20,688 bases of DNA, taken from assembly GCA_023137195.1 (NCBI GenBank), contig JAGLPV010000048.1:1-20688 (forward strand), read 5' to 3'. The translations under genes and the position numbers were made by a program. Source of the stretch: Candidatus Aenigmatarchaeota archaeon (GTDB lineage: Archaea; EX4484-52). Every line of letters starts with the position of its first letter. The first letter of the stretch is position 1. Positions 8,016 through 16,616 of this stretch are shown one piece after another. The notes below the pieces were generated by a model that made no database searches, was not told where the DNA came from, and saw only the letters and a list, made by a program, of their open reading frames with translations.

Positions 8016-8867
8016 CTATTTGGATACATTCCTCTTTTTTCTCGTGGGTTCCGTGTCTTCTGTGGATAAGCTTTGGACAGTGCCGTAGCATTTATTAGGA
8101 CTCCATTTCTCTCCGGGTTTGCCTTTGATAAAACCGCCATATATTTTTGCGTCCCGAGAGACATTCAATTTTTTAGTCAATTCCAAAATATGATTGAAGA
8201 ATTCTTTTTCTGCTTTTTTGGTTATCTTAAAATCATAGCCAACACAAAAATAAAGATTGCCTTCCGAACCCAGCATGCCTCTTGTGATTTTGTCCATTAT
8301 TGTGCTGTCTTCTTTTATCCAGCCTTCTTTTTCAAACCAGACTGCGTGAGAGTAAGCTACATTTGGTTTTGCGATAAACAAATTGTTGTCTTTTATGCAA
8401 AACATTCTTCTGCTTTTATGTAATTGTTTTGTTTTTTCGTTTTCTTTTAAACCGTATTTTCCCGGTTTGTCGGGATTATACATAGAAAAGGACGGTAGAA
8501 GTTCGTTTAAATCAATTTTGTTGAGTTTGAATAAGTGGGATTGGCATTTGCAGTCAGAGCAGCCGAAATTTTTTATTCCTTCTTCTGTTTGGGATAATAT
8601 ATCTGCTGTTTTGCATTCTTCTGATTTTAGGGCAAGTTTGTAGAGTACTTTTTCAACTGTCGCGGATTTGTCGGATGTAAGATAGTCGATGTGCCATTTT
8701 AGTTTTTTGTTTTTTTTCATGTGCCTTTGGACTCTTTTTTCCAGGTTGTTTTGGGCTGAACCCACATAAGCGTAGTGTCCTTTGGCAAAATTAATATCTC
8801 CTATGGCGCCGACTTTTATTTTCATGGTTTTGGATAGAGAAATAATTAAGATATAGATTCCTTTCAT
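8016..8867 (-). CDS. DUF123/Uri (GIY-YIG superfamily) endonuclease fused to an uncharacterised C-terminal domain
   Basis: KGIYILII...VGAIG...GHYAYVGSA...RH...WHIDYL...EC...FGCSDCKCQSHLF, followed by about 155 extra aa. Confidence 0.85.
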   Translation of the reverse strand: MKGIYILIISLSKTMKIKVGAIGDINFAKGHYAYVGSAQNNLEKRVQRHMKKNKKLKWHIDYLTSDKSATVEKVLYKLALKSEECKTADILSQTEEGIKNFGCSDCKCQSHLFKLNKIDLNELLPSFSMYNPDKPGKYGLKENEKTKQLHKSRRMFCIKDNNLFIAKPNVAYSHAVWFEKEGWIKEDSTIMDKITRGMLGSEGNLYFCVGYDFKITKKAEKEFFNHILELTKKLNVSRDAKIYGGFIKGKPGEKWSPNKCYGTVQSLSTEDTEPTRKKRNVSK

Positions 8868-8910
8868 AGAATAAGTTATCTTGAAATTATTTAATATTTT
8901 TATGGGGTGC

Positions 8911-9549
8911 TTACAGAATACCGTCTACTTCTTTGTGCAGCCGGTCAAAAAAAATAGCCATGTATTTGTGTCTTTCTTCAGCTATTTTTTTTCCTTCTGC
9001 TGTAAACATCATATCTTTGATTTTTCTTAGCTTAACCATGAATTCTCGGTATGCTGTATCTTCTATTGTGTATGCCGAAGTAGTTTCTATATCTATATTT
9101 TTGCTATGCATTTTCGCGCCATTTTCGCCCGCAAAGATAAATGCTCTTCCTATGCCGATTGCCCCGATGGAATCGAGTTTGTCGGCATCGAAGAGTATTT
9201 TGGCTTCTTTTGATGCAGGAATTTTATTGTTCCTAAACCTGTGGCATTCAATGCAATGGACAATCCTGTCAATTTTATCTTTGTTGAGATTATGTTTTTG
9301 CAGTATTTTTCCTGCCATGGAGGCGCCTTCACAGGCATGGCATATTTTTCCTTTGGATCTGGTTTCTGCATCCCGTCCGATGTCGTGTAGTATTGCTGAG
9401 AGTCCAAGAATTTCCAGATTTGCCCTCTCTTTTTGTCCTATTCTCATGGACAGATTATAGACTCGTTGGATGTGTTCCCAGTCGTGGCATCCTTTTGAAT
9501 CCAGTAAAAATGTTTTTGCTTCTTTTTTAATTTGTTCAAATAATTCCAT
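8911..9549 (-). CDS. HD-domain metal-dependent phosphohydrolase
   Basis: HDWEHIQRV, LHDIGR, H, HRF, DADKLDSIGAIGIGRAF. Confidence 0.92.
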   Translation of the reverse strand: MELFEQIKKEAKTFLLDSKGCHDWEHIQRVYNLSMRIGQKERANLEILGLSAILHDIGRDAETRSKGKICHACEGASMAGKILQKHNLNKDKIDRIVHCIECHRFRNNKIPASKEAKILFDADKLDSIGAIGIGRAFIFAGENGAKMHSKNIDIETTSAYTIEDTAYREFMVKLRKIKDMMFTAEGKKIAEERHKYMAIFFDRLHKEVDGIL

Positions 9550-9669
9550 ATTCTGTGATTAAATTTAATAGATAAAGAAAAATAGACTTAAATAATTAAT
9601 TTTCCCTATATTATCATTACATTAATAATAAACAATGTTTTTTTTGTGCCAGTAAAAAAAGGTGATTAA

Positions 9670-10227
9670 ATGCCAGATAGAATAAAAATATCAGAGATCA
9701 TGTCAGATAAGCCAATAGTTGTTGATACGTACGAGACAGTCCAAAGAGCTGCGCTGCTTATGCGCGAAAGTAACATATCGGGGCTTATTGTTACAAGAGG
9801 AGGATATGCGGTGGCAATGGTGACTCTAAAGGATATCGCAATAAAAATTGCAGCAGAGAATCTTTCATCAGGAAGTGTGAAGGTAAAAGATGTCATGAGT
9901 TCGAGGATAATAACAGCACAAGGCAATGATGTATTGACAAAAGTCGCGACGAAGATGATTGCAAATGACATTTCAAGGATTCCTGTGCTTGATGAGGACA
10001 ATAATGTTCTGGGTATTGTCACAAAGACAGACCTTCTGAAGGTAATGCCGGCTCTTATTGATATATTTTACGAGAAAGAAAAAGAAGAGACAACTCCAGT
10101 TCCCGAGAGTTTGGTGACAGAAGGGGTATGTGAGGAGTGTGAAAACCATTCCGATGAGCTTAAGAATGTTGATGGTCGCTGGCTTTGTGAGGAGTGCGCG
10201 GAAATCAAAACCCTTGTCGAGAAATAA
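9670..10227 (+). CDS. CBS-pair protein with C-terminal zinc ribbon
   Basis: Two CBS repeats plus GVCEEC...LCEEC; GGTGA SD at 9661. Confidence 0.88.
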   Translation: MPDRIKISEIMSDKPIVVDTYETVQRAALLMRESNISGLIVTRGGYAVAMVTLKDIAIKIAAENLSSGSVKVKDVMSSRIITAQGNDVLTKVATKMIANDISRIPVLDEDNNVLGIVTKTDLLKVMPALIDIFYEKEKEETTPVPESLVTEGVCEECENHSDELKNVDGRWLCEECAEIKTLVEK

Positions 10228-10270
10228 CTACAGGAATTCAAACTTAAATATTTTATTATTGTATTTAACT

Positions 10271-10549
10271 ATGGTAAAGAAAAGATATCATGCAATAGTC
10301 ACGGGTTTGGTGCAGGGAGTATTTTTCAGGATGTTTGCGAAGAGGACTGCAAGGTCTTTGGGTCTGAAAGGATATACTAAGAATTTGCCCGACAAAACAG
10401 TGGAAGTTGTGGTTGAAGGAGAAGAAAAAAATATAAAGGTGATTTTAGATTGGCTTAAAAAAGGACCTTCTGCCGCAAAAGTAGTGGACATAAAGATAAA
10501 AAAGCAGGAATACAAGGGAGAATTTGACAGTTTTGAAATAATCACCTGA
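10271..10549 (+). CDS. acyP: Acylphosphatase (likely start ATG 10271, not 10130)
   Basis: VTGLVQGVFFR, GYTKNLPDKTVEVVVEG, KGPSAAKV. Confidence 0.92.
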   Translation: MVKKRYHAIVTGLVQGVFFRMFAKRTARSLGLKGYTKNLPDKTVEVVVEGEEKNIKVILDWLKKGPSAAKVVDIKIKKQEYKGEFDSFEIIT

Positions 10550-10585
10550 ACAACAAGTATTTAAATATGCATATGAATTATTATT

Positions 10586-11071
10586 ATGTTTGATAAGCTT
10601 ATAAATGATATTGAATTCTATCTGAATCCTTTTAATCTGATAAAGGCAATTATCAATTTTATGTTGAGAAAAGACATATTGCAGATAGCTATTTTTTATT
10701 CTGCTTCAAAATACATCCTGACTAACGGGTTTTTTGATGAACAGTTATCGCAGTATTTGTCTGGTTTTTATCTTTCTTTTGATACCCTGGGGACTTTTGT
10801 GTACAATGCAGTTGGTTTTAATATTCATGCCAATGCATTTCTTTTGCTTGTTGTGGCAATACTTCTTGAGTCTTATAGTGATAAGCTACCTTCTTCTATT
10901 GCACACAGTATGAGGGAAATCATGTGTCCTACTCTTATTTTTGTAAGTCTATGGGCAATGTCAGGAAATATTATTTTTGCTCTTATTGTTGCGATATTAA
11001 AGCATATTTCGGGAAAAGGATACCACCTGAATTTTCTTGCGGCAAGCAATCAGTCGGTTTATTATGTTTAA
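10586..11071 (+). CDS. Hypothetical multi-pass membrane protein
   Basis: 161 aa with several hydrophobic segments; TTTAAATA box about 25 nt upstream. Confidence 0.7.
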   Translation: MFDKLINDIEFYLNPFNLIKAIINFMLRKDILQIAIFYSASKYILTNGFFDEQLSQYLSGFYLSFDTLGTFVYNAVGFNIHANAFLLLVVAILLESYSDKLPSSIAHSMREIMCPTLIFVSLWAMSGNIIFALIVAILKHISGKGYHLNFLAASNQSVYYV

Positions 11072-11133
11072 ATGCGGAAATTCGTCGTGATTCTTGTAAG
11101 AAATTGAATTACTAAATCATCAAGATGTCTTAC

Positions 11134-11393
11134 TATATCGCGGCACAAAAGTAATATGAGTGATGTGGCGCGATATAATCTCAGACGCAATATTGCTAGT
11201 TATGCTTGCGTCTTCGAATATATTCATCCACTCTTTGCGGTTGAATATACTAGTAGAATACATAAATACTATCAAATATCGATTATATTTTTTTGCATTA
11301 TTTTCTGCTGTGTATAACTAGCAAGCAGAAAATAAGCTTAAAAGTAGTATTTACGCAAGGAAACTTTTATGATTATTTATGTGTTCTGCTATA
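11134..11393. repeat. Intergenic modular palindrome array 2 (inverted relative to array 1): B (11134-11177), D (11174-11222), C (11219-11249), A (11246-11393)
   Basis: Each adjacent pair shares a TATA. C is TATATTCATCC..GGTTGAATATA. D has AGACGCAA/TTGCGTCT arms. A and B align with 7808-7996. Confidence 0.85.
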
Positions 11394-11422
11394 AATACAC
11401 AAAAAACAAACCAGATGTGATT

Positions 11423-11806
11423 TTATTCTCCCTTTGCCATCCTTAAAACTGCCTTGAAATCTTTTTTGTTGCCGACCGGTTCTTTTTCGAAGCGGGGCAT
11501 TATGTGGAAATGTATGTGTCCTATTATTTGCCCGGCAAGTCTCCCGTTATTTTGAAGAACATTTATTCCATCACACTTAAGGTTTGTTTTCATCATAAGG
11601 CAAACCTTTTTTATTGCAGATATTATGTTTTTGTTTGGATCTTCTTCATAGCTATAGATATCTTCATAATGTTTTTTTGGAATGACGAGGCAATGAGAGA
11701 ATGCTTTTGGATTGATGTCTAAAAAAGAGATGAAATTTTCATCTTCCCAAATGAGGTTGGAAGGTATTTCTTTACTGGCAATTTTGCAAAACAAGCAATC
11801 TTTCAT
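11423..11806 (-). CDS. hit: HIT (histidine triad) family nucleotide hydrolase
   Basis: DCLFCKI, FLDINP, HCLVIPKKH, NNGRLAGQIIGHIHFHIMPR. Confidence 0.93.
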   Translation of the reverse strand: MKDCLFCKIASKEIPSNLIWEDENFISFLDINPKAFSHCLVIPKKHYEDIYSYEEDPNKNIISAIKKVCLMMKTNLKCDGINVLQNNGRLAGQIIGHIHFHIMPRFEKEPVGNKKDFKAVLRMAKGE

Positions 11807-11815
11807 AATTTTTAA

Positions 11816-11974
11816 TTATGGTCCAATGAATCCGCATTCATTGCACTTGTACTGAACCGCGTTTTTCTTACACTGTCCGCATCTTACAATCTCTATTTTT
11901 CCGCACTCAGGACAGGAAAAGATAGAGTAGTCATCTGTACTGCTTAGATTTTTTCCACAACTTATACATTTCAT
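11816..11974 (-). CDS. DUF1610 / HVO_2753-type small zinc-finger protein, 52 aa (missing from the ORF track)
   Basis: MKCISCGKNLSSTDDYSIFSCPECGKIEIVRCGQCKKNAVQYKCNECGFIGP*: four CxxC motifs and a C-terminal CGFxGP signature. Confidence 0.9.
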   Translation of the reverse strand: MKCISCGKNLSSTDDYSIFSCPECGKIEIVRCGQCKKNAVQYKCNECGFIGP

Positions 11975-12043
11975 AAAGACAAATAAAGGAAATATTTAAA
12001 AACATATACAACATTTAAATATAATCAGAAAAAGAGGGGTAAT

Positions 12044-12385
12044 ATGATAAGAAGTCTTTTAGGTAGGAAAAAAAAGGATATAGTTGAAGATATCGATGAA
12101 TATGTAGAAGTAGAGGAAACTTTTTTTAAAGAAGGTACTTCCAAGATTGAACTTAAAGTAGAGGAAGTTAAAGCATACGAAGATGGTGCTCGGATACAGT
12201 CTCAGATTAGAATGGGAAATATCATTGTTCTGAAGATAAAAGAATTGAAAACAAAGGACGTTGATGAGCTTCAGAGATTGGTTGACAAACTGAAAAAAAC
12301 AATCTATGCGACTGGCGGAGATATTATAGGAGTTGATGAGAACGTAATATTACTGCTTCCACAGGATGTTGAATTAACAAAATAA
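12044..12385 (+). CDS. sepF: Archaeal cell-division protein SepF (DUF552)
   Basis: N-terminal amphipathic stretch, EYVEV, then GNIIVLKIKELK...ELQRLVDKLKK...GGDIIGV...LLLP; SD-like GAGGGGT. Confidence 0.85.
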   Translation: MIRSLLGRKKKDIVEDIDEYVEVEETFFKEGTSKIELKVEEVKAYEDGARIQSQIRMGNIIVLKIKELKTKDVDELQRLVDKLKKTIYATGGDIIGVDENVILLLPQDVELTK

Positions 12386-12398
12386 ACGGGAAATAAGT

Positions 12399-13274
12399 AT
12401 GAAACTCCTTATACTGGGGAGAGAAAAACCCACTGAGACTATGGTGTCCTTTATGGACACATTTAAGTCTTATTTTGAAAAAGTATATTATACTTCGTGG
12501 AAGAACATAAATATCGATTTGGATGAGAGGGGCAGCAGCCTCTTTTCTAAAAACAAGGAATTGCTCAGTTTTGATGTCTTGTTTGCCCTGCCGAAGAAAA
12601 AGACAATTGATTTTACGACGAGTTTGACTTCTATTTTCGAGATGAATAGAAAATATGTCTGTTTTCCGAGTGATACCATAACTTTGTGCAAGGATTTGTT
12701 CCTGCTTTTGTTTACACTAAAAACTGCCGGAATCCCGATATTGAAAACATATTATGCAACAAATGCAGAGATATTGAAGTCGAGGTTAGATGAGGGGGAG
12801 ATGAAACTGCCGGTAGTTGTGAGACCGAAAATCGGTTCAGAGATTGTCATAAACAATAAAGAGAGTATAAGTACAATAATAGATACTCTTGAAAAATTAG
12901 ATCAGCCGTTAATTATGCAGGAGTTAGTGGATAAGAAAAAAGTTAAAATTTTGTCTATCGGCACTTCTTTTTTTGCAGAGGATGATGGGAAAAAATATGA
13001 GTTGTTGAATGAGCAAAAAAACATAATATATAAGATAAAGCAACTGTTGGGTGTAGAGATATTGGAAATAGAGGCATTTATTGATGGTAATTCTCTTGTT
13101 GTATACAATATATCACAGGTTCCTCATTTTAATGCTTTTTTTTCATATTATGGGGAGGATACTATTACAGAAAAAGTATGCAAACACATAAAGAGTTCGG
13201 CAGATATATTTTATGAGAAAAACCCGCTTGTGAAGATGATGAGTATAATAAAGAAGAATAAGGACGGGAATTGA
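12399..13274 (+). CDS. Divergent RimK-like ATP-grasp fold protein
   Basis: CKDLFLLLFTLKTAGIPILKTY, LPVVVRP, PLIMQELV and the overall layout fit RimK-type proteins; the canonical E-x-N motif is not evident. Confidence 0.65.
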   Translation: MKLLILGREKPTETMVSFMDTFKSYFEKVYYTSWKNINIDLDERGSSLFSKNKELLSFDVLFALPKKKTIDFTTSLTSIFEMNRKYVCFPSDTITLCKDLFLLLFTLKTAGIPILKTYYATNAEILKSRLDEGEMKLPVVVRPKIGSEIVINNKESISTIIDTLEKLDQPLIMQELVDKKKVKILSIGTSFFAEDDGKKYELLNEQKNIIYKIKQLLGVEILEIEAFIDGNSLVVYNISQVPHFNAFFSYYGEDTITEKVCKHIKSSADIFYEKNPLVKMMSIIKKNKDGN

Positions 13275-13286
13275 AAAGTTTATATA
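13273..13286 (+). promoter_or_regulatory. BRE/TATA promoter of the ABC ATPase gene
   Basis: GAAAAGTTTATATA ending about 26 nt before ATG 13313; the same 14-mer precedes the wHTH gene on the minus strand. Confidence 0.6.
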
Positions 13287-13312
13287 TTATTCTTACAAAC
13301 ATTATACATACG

Positions 13313-13993
13313 ATGGAAAAAACATTGATTAAATTAGAAAATGTCTGGAAAATATACGACCTCGGGAAGGTTAAAGTAGAGGCCTTAAGAGGGATAAATA
13401 TTACTATAAAGAAAGGAGAGTTTGTTGCTGTTATGGGTCCATCCGGGAGTGGAAAGTCTACGTGCGTTCATTTGATTGGGTGCCTGGACAGACCCACAAA
13501 AGGGAGTATATATCTGGATAAATCAGATATTAGTAAATTGACTCGAAGCCAGTTGTCTTCAATCCGCGGGAAAAAAATAGGGTTTGTGTTTCAGCAGTTT
13601 AATCTTATGAATACGCTTACGGTTCTAGAGAATGTGACGCTTCCGATGATGTTTTATGATGTTTTGCCATCTGTGAGAAAAAAAAGGGCAGAAAAGATTC
13701 TGGAGGAAATGGGGTTAGGGCATAGGTTGAGTCATTATCCGACAGAGATTAGTGGGGGAGAAAAGCAAAGGGTTGCTGTTGCGCGTTCGCTTGCTAATGA
13801 CCCGGAAATTATTGTTGCAGATGAGCCCACAGGGAATTTGGATTCTAAGAAAGGGAAGGAAATAATGGATATTTTGGATAATCTGCATAAGAGTGGTAAG
13901 ACGATTGTTCTGGTGACGCATGACAAAGTGCTGGCAAATTATGCAGAACGCGTGATTTATATAAAGGATGGGGCTAATGTTGATGCGTTGTGA
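13313..13993 (+). CDS. ABC transporter ATP-binding protein, LolD/MacB type (likely start ATG 13313)
   Basis: GPSGSGKST, GFVFQQFNL, ISGGEKQRVAVARSL, ADEPTGNLDS, VTHD. Confidence 0.92.
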   Translation: MEKTLIKLENVWKIYDLGKVKVEALRGINITIKKGEFVAVMGPSGSGKSTCVHLIGCLDRPTKGSIYLDKSDISKLTRSQLSSIRGKKIGFVFQQFNLMNTLTVLENVTLPMMFYDVLPSVRKKRAEKILEEMGLGHRLSHYPTEISGGEKQRVAVARSLANDPEIIVADEPTGNLDSKKGKEIMDILDNLHKSGKTIVLVTHDKVLANYAERVIYIKDGANVDAL

Positions 13994-14091
13994 ATTAGAG
14001 TCTGTTCGAGAATTGTTTGTTGAGTGGTGTTATAGTGGTTATTTTGAGTAACAAGAAGGAGGATGAACAAGTAGTGAAGAAGAGTAGTAAG

Positions 14092-14388
14092 TCAATAATA
14101 ACTCTGGTAGCCACATTTTCTACATCGGTATTCTTTAGCAGATCCACCAAGGTGTGCTTTTCTTTTATTACAAACTGGACAAATTGATGGATTTTTCGAG
14201 AAACGGTTTAACATTTTTGTTTGTTTCTTAGCACCCAGGGATGACAATTTTTTCTTACATTTTGTAGAACAACAGTGAATGCTATGTTTGATTGGTTCTC
14301 CACATCTTTTACAAACTTTTTTCTTTTTTATATCGGCAGATAACCCCAATAAGGTTCTTATGTACTCAATCCAATCGTTTATATTCAT
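14092..14388 (-). CDS. Small Cys-rich zinc-finger hypothetical protein
   Basis: CKRC..CCSTKC and CPVC..YRCRKC clusters in 98 aa. Confidence 0.65.
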   Translation of the reverse strand: MNINDWIEYIRTLLGLSADIKKKKVCKRCGEPIKHSIHCCSTKCKKKLSSLGAKKQTKMLNRFSKNPSICPVCNKRKAHLGGSAKEYRCRKCGYQSYY

Positions 14389-14484
14389 ATTAGAAGAAAT
14401 TTATTTGCAACGCTACATTATCCCGAAAAGTTTTTTATGAAGCAAAAATTTTGATACAGTATCTAGATTGTGTGTTAGTACCAA

Positions 14485-14751
14485 CTAAAAAATCTCTTTC
14501 TCAGAAACAATCACAAAGTCACCAACAGATTTAATCGCAGAAAACGGGATAAGCAGTCTTCCCTGTTCGTCCTGCTGTAATTGCATTTCATGAGCCATTT
14601 GAGTTGGTTCTTTGACAATTACATTCATCAATTCTCCTGTGTCGCAGATAAAACTTACATCTGCAACTTTTCCAAAATTTCGTCCGCTTTCATCGCTTAT
14701 AATGCCTTTGTTTGCAAGCTCACTCATTCGCATACATGATATTTTTAACAT
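14485..14751 (-). CDS. PRC-barrel protein, CdpB-like
   Basis: IISDESGRNFGKVADV...TGEL...LLIPFSAIKSVGDFVIV is the archaeal PRC-barrel pattern. Confidence 0.85.
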   Translation of the reverse strand: MLKISCMRMSELANKGIISDESGRNFGKVADVSFICDTGELMNVIVKEPTQMAHEMQLQQDEQGRLLIPFSAIKSVGDFVIVSEKEIF

Positions 14752-14807
14752 AATTAACTAACCCCTCTATTTAAATTTATTATAAGAAAATTATATAAAT
14801 GTATGTT

Positions 14808-16568
14808 TTAGGATTCGAATAATTTTTTTCTTTTTATTTTTTCTATTTCTGCCAGGATTTTTTTCTCGTCCTCTGACAGATAGTCCAGCTCTGCTGATAT
14901 TTTGTTTTTTATCAGGTCAATTGTTTCGTTATTTAGGAAAGGATAGAAGATATCTTTTTCCCTGATGTTTTTTTCATAGTTGAAATAATCTGAGGAGATT
15001 GCAACTTTTTCTTCTTTTTCGGCTTTATGTATGTTTTTCCCATTTGCCTGGATTTGGTCGATTTTACCTACGGCATTGCCTTGTTCATCCATTAATTGCA
15101 CGTCTGTTCTGGCAGTTCCGCCCAGAACCTCAAATCCGCCGATAAAGGGGTGACTTTTCCTGAACATGCACTGGGGCATGAATTTTATCTTGAACGGGAG
15201 TGTTGTTTTTTTGAAGAATGAAGATTTTTCTGTTTTTTTTAGTTCTTCGGCGAAGAGTTCGTATTGTTCTATTAGATGATAGATTACTTTGTCTCTTATG
15301 ATTTTGATGCCTTTTTCTTTTGCAAGCGTTTCTATGTCGTTCGGTATAGCTGTGTTGTAGGCAACAATTACTTTGTATTTGTCTTCTGCTACTTCTGCCA
15401 GAGCAATGTCTTCTTTTTTTGCATTTCCTATTTCTGCTGATTTTATTTTGATGTTCTTGTTTTTGAGGATTCCGCAAAGGGCGTGGATGCTGCCAAGGGT
15501 ATCGGCTTTTATTATGATTCCTTTTTCGTCAGGGCATATTTTTAATTCCTCGCTGAAGAGGGATTTCATTTTTGCAATCTCTTCATCTGTTTTTTTGTCG
15601 TTTTTTAAGAAAACTACAGGGAATCCGACGCTGTCTTCGTCTAGACCTATTGCAGAGATTTTAACGCCTGTTGCGGCAGATACTGTTTCGCAAAATGCAT
15701 TTTCTTTTTTTGGTCCGATTTTTTCTTTAAGGATTGCTTTTACTTTTGAGACGACAGGTTCGCCGTTTTTGGTGCCTGCGATGATTGTGTCTTTTTTGCT
15801 GATGCACCCGTCATAGAGGATAACATCTATTGTTTTCCCTATTCCTATTGTTTCTTTTGCTTCGAGTATCACTCCTTCACCACGGTCTGTTGAAATTTCG
15901 GATTTTAGATTTTCTTTTAAGTATTTTGATGCAAGACCTACCAGGATGCTCATAAGGTCAATTACTCCCTCGCCGGTTCTTGCGCTTATAGGGATGAGAG
16001 CTATTGTTGTTTCAAATGAAGTTACTCTTGAGAATAAGTCTACGTTGAAGCCATGTTCGTACAAAGTGCCTACCAGTTGATACATCTTTAATTCAAAATC
16101 CTTTTTTACGCTTTCTTCCTGTTTGTTGAAAGATTCAGTGAAAGAGCAGCCCTGATGGTTTTCCCATCCTGTAATTTTGTCTATTTTGTTTGCCGCTATG
16201 CAAAAGGGGGTCTTGTTGTTCTTTAGGATCTGGATGCATTCAATTGTCTGTGGTTTTAGTCCTTCTGTTATGTCGATGACTAAGATGCATATATCTGCAA
16301 GACTTCCGCCTTTTTCTCTTAAGTAGGAAAATGCCTCGTGCCCAGGGGTGTCTAAGAATAGTAAGCCGTCGAAATCTATTTCTTTCATGTAACCGGAGCA
16401 CATTTTTAACAAGGATTCTTTCGAGATTTCCGATGCGCCGATATGCTGGGTTATGCCTCCTGCTTCTTTCTTTGCGATTGTGCTATTTCTTATGTAGTCA
16501 AGCAGGCTTGTTTTCCCGTGGTCTACATGCGCCAGGACAGAAACTATTGGTTGACGGTAGTGTACCAT
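14808..16568 (-). CDS. infB: Translation initiation factor aIF5B (IF-2)
   Basis: RQPIVSVLAHVDHGKT, EAGGITQHIGA, DTPGHEAF, NKID, KADTLGS; 586 aa, archaeal length. Confidence 0.96.
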   Translation of the reverse strand: MVHYRQPIVSVLAHVDHGKTSLLDYIRNSTIAKKEAGGITQHIGASEISKESLLKMCSGYMKEIDFDGLLFLDTPGHEAFSYLREKGGSLADICILVIDITEGLKPQTIECIQILKNNKTPFCIAANKIDKITGWENHQGCSFTESFNKQEESVKKDFELKMYQLVGTLYEHGFNVDLFSRVTSFETTIALIPISARTGEGVIDLMSILVGLASKYLKENLKSEISTDRGEGVILEAKETIGIGKTIDVILYDGCISKKDTIIAGTKNGEPVVSKVKAILKEKIGPKKENAFCETVSAATGVKISAIGLDEDSVGFPVVFLKNDKKTDEEIAKMKSLFSEELKICPDEKGIIIKADTLGSIHALCGILKNKNIKIKSAEIGNAKKEDIALAEVAEDKYKVIVAYNTAIPNDIETLAKEKGIKIIRDKVIYHLIEQYELFAEELKKTEKSSFFKKTTLPFKIKFMPQCMFRKSHPFIGGFEVLGGTARTDVQLMDEQGNAVGKIDQIQANGKNIHKAEKEEKVAISSDYFNYEKNIREKDIFYPFLNNETIDLIKNKISAELDYLSEDEKKILAEIEKIKRKKLFES

Positions 16569-16616
16569 GAGGGTATAAGCGTAAAGAATTTAAAAAACTT
16601 ATCGAACTATTGTATT

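Noticed and set aside
7976-8164. 62-aa minus ORF reaching into module B
   Set aside because: It overlaps the DUF123 gene in another frame and ends within a repeat; no coding evidence.
13313-13993. Calling the ABC ATPase FtsE because sepF is nearby
   Set aside because: The sequence fits the general LolD/MacB type and there is no ftsX partner in the window.
10130-16616. Long N-terminal extensions given for acyP (10130), the ABC ATPase (13271) and bud32 (16443)
   Set aside because: They overlap neighbouring genes; downstream ATGs match family N-termini and lie about 25 nt after TATA-like boxes.
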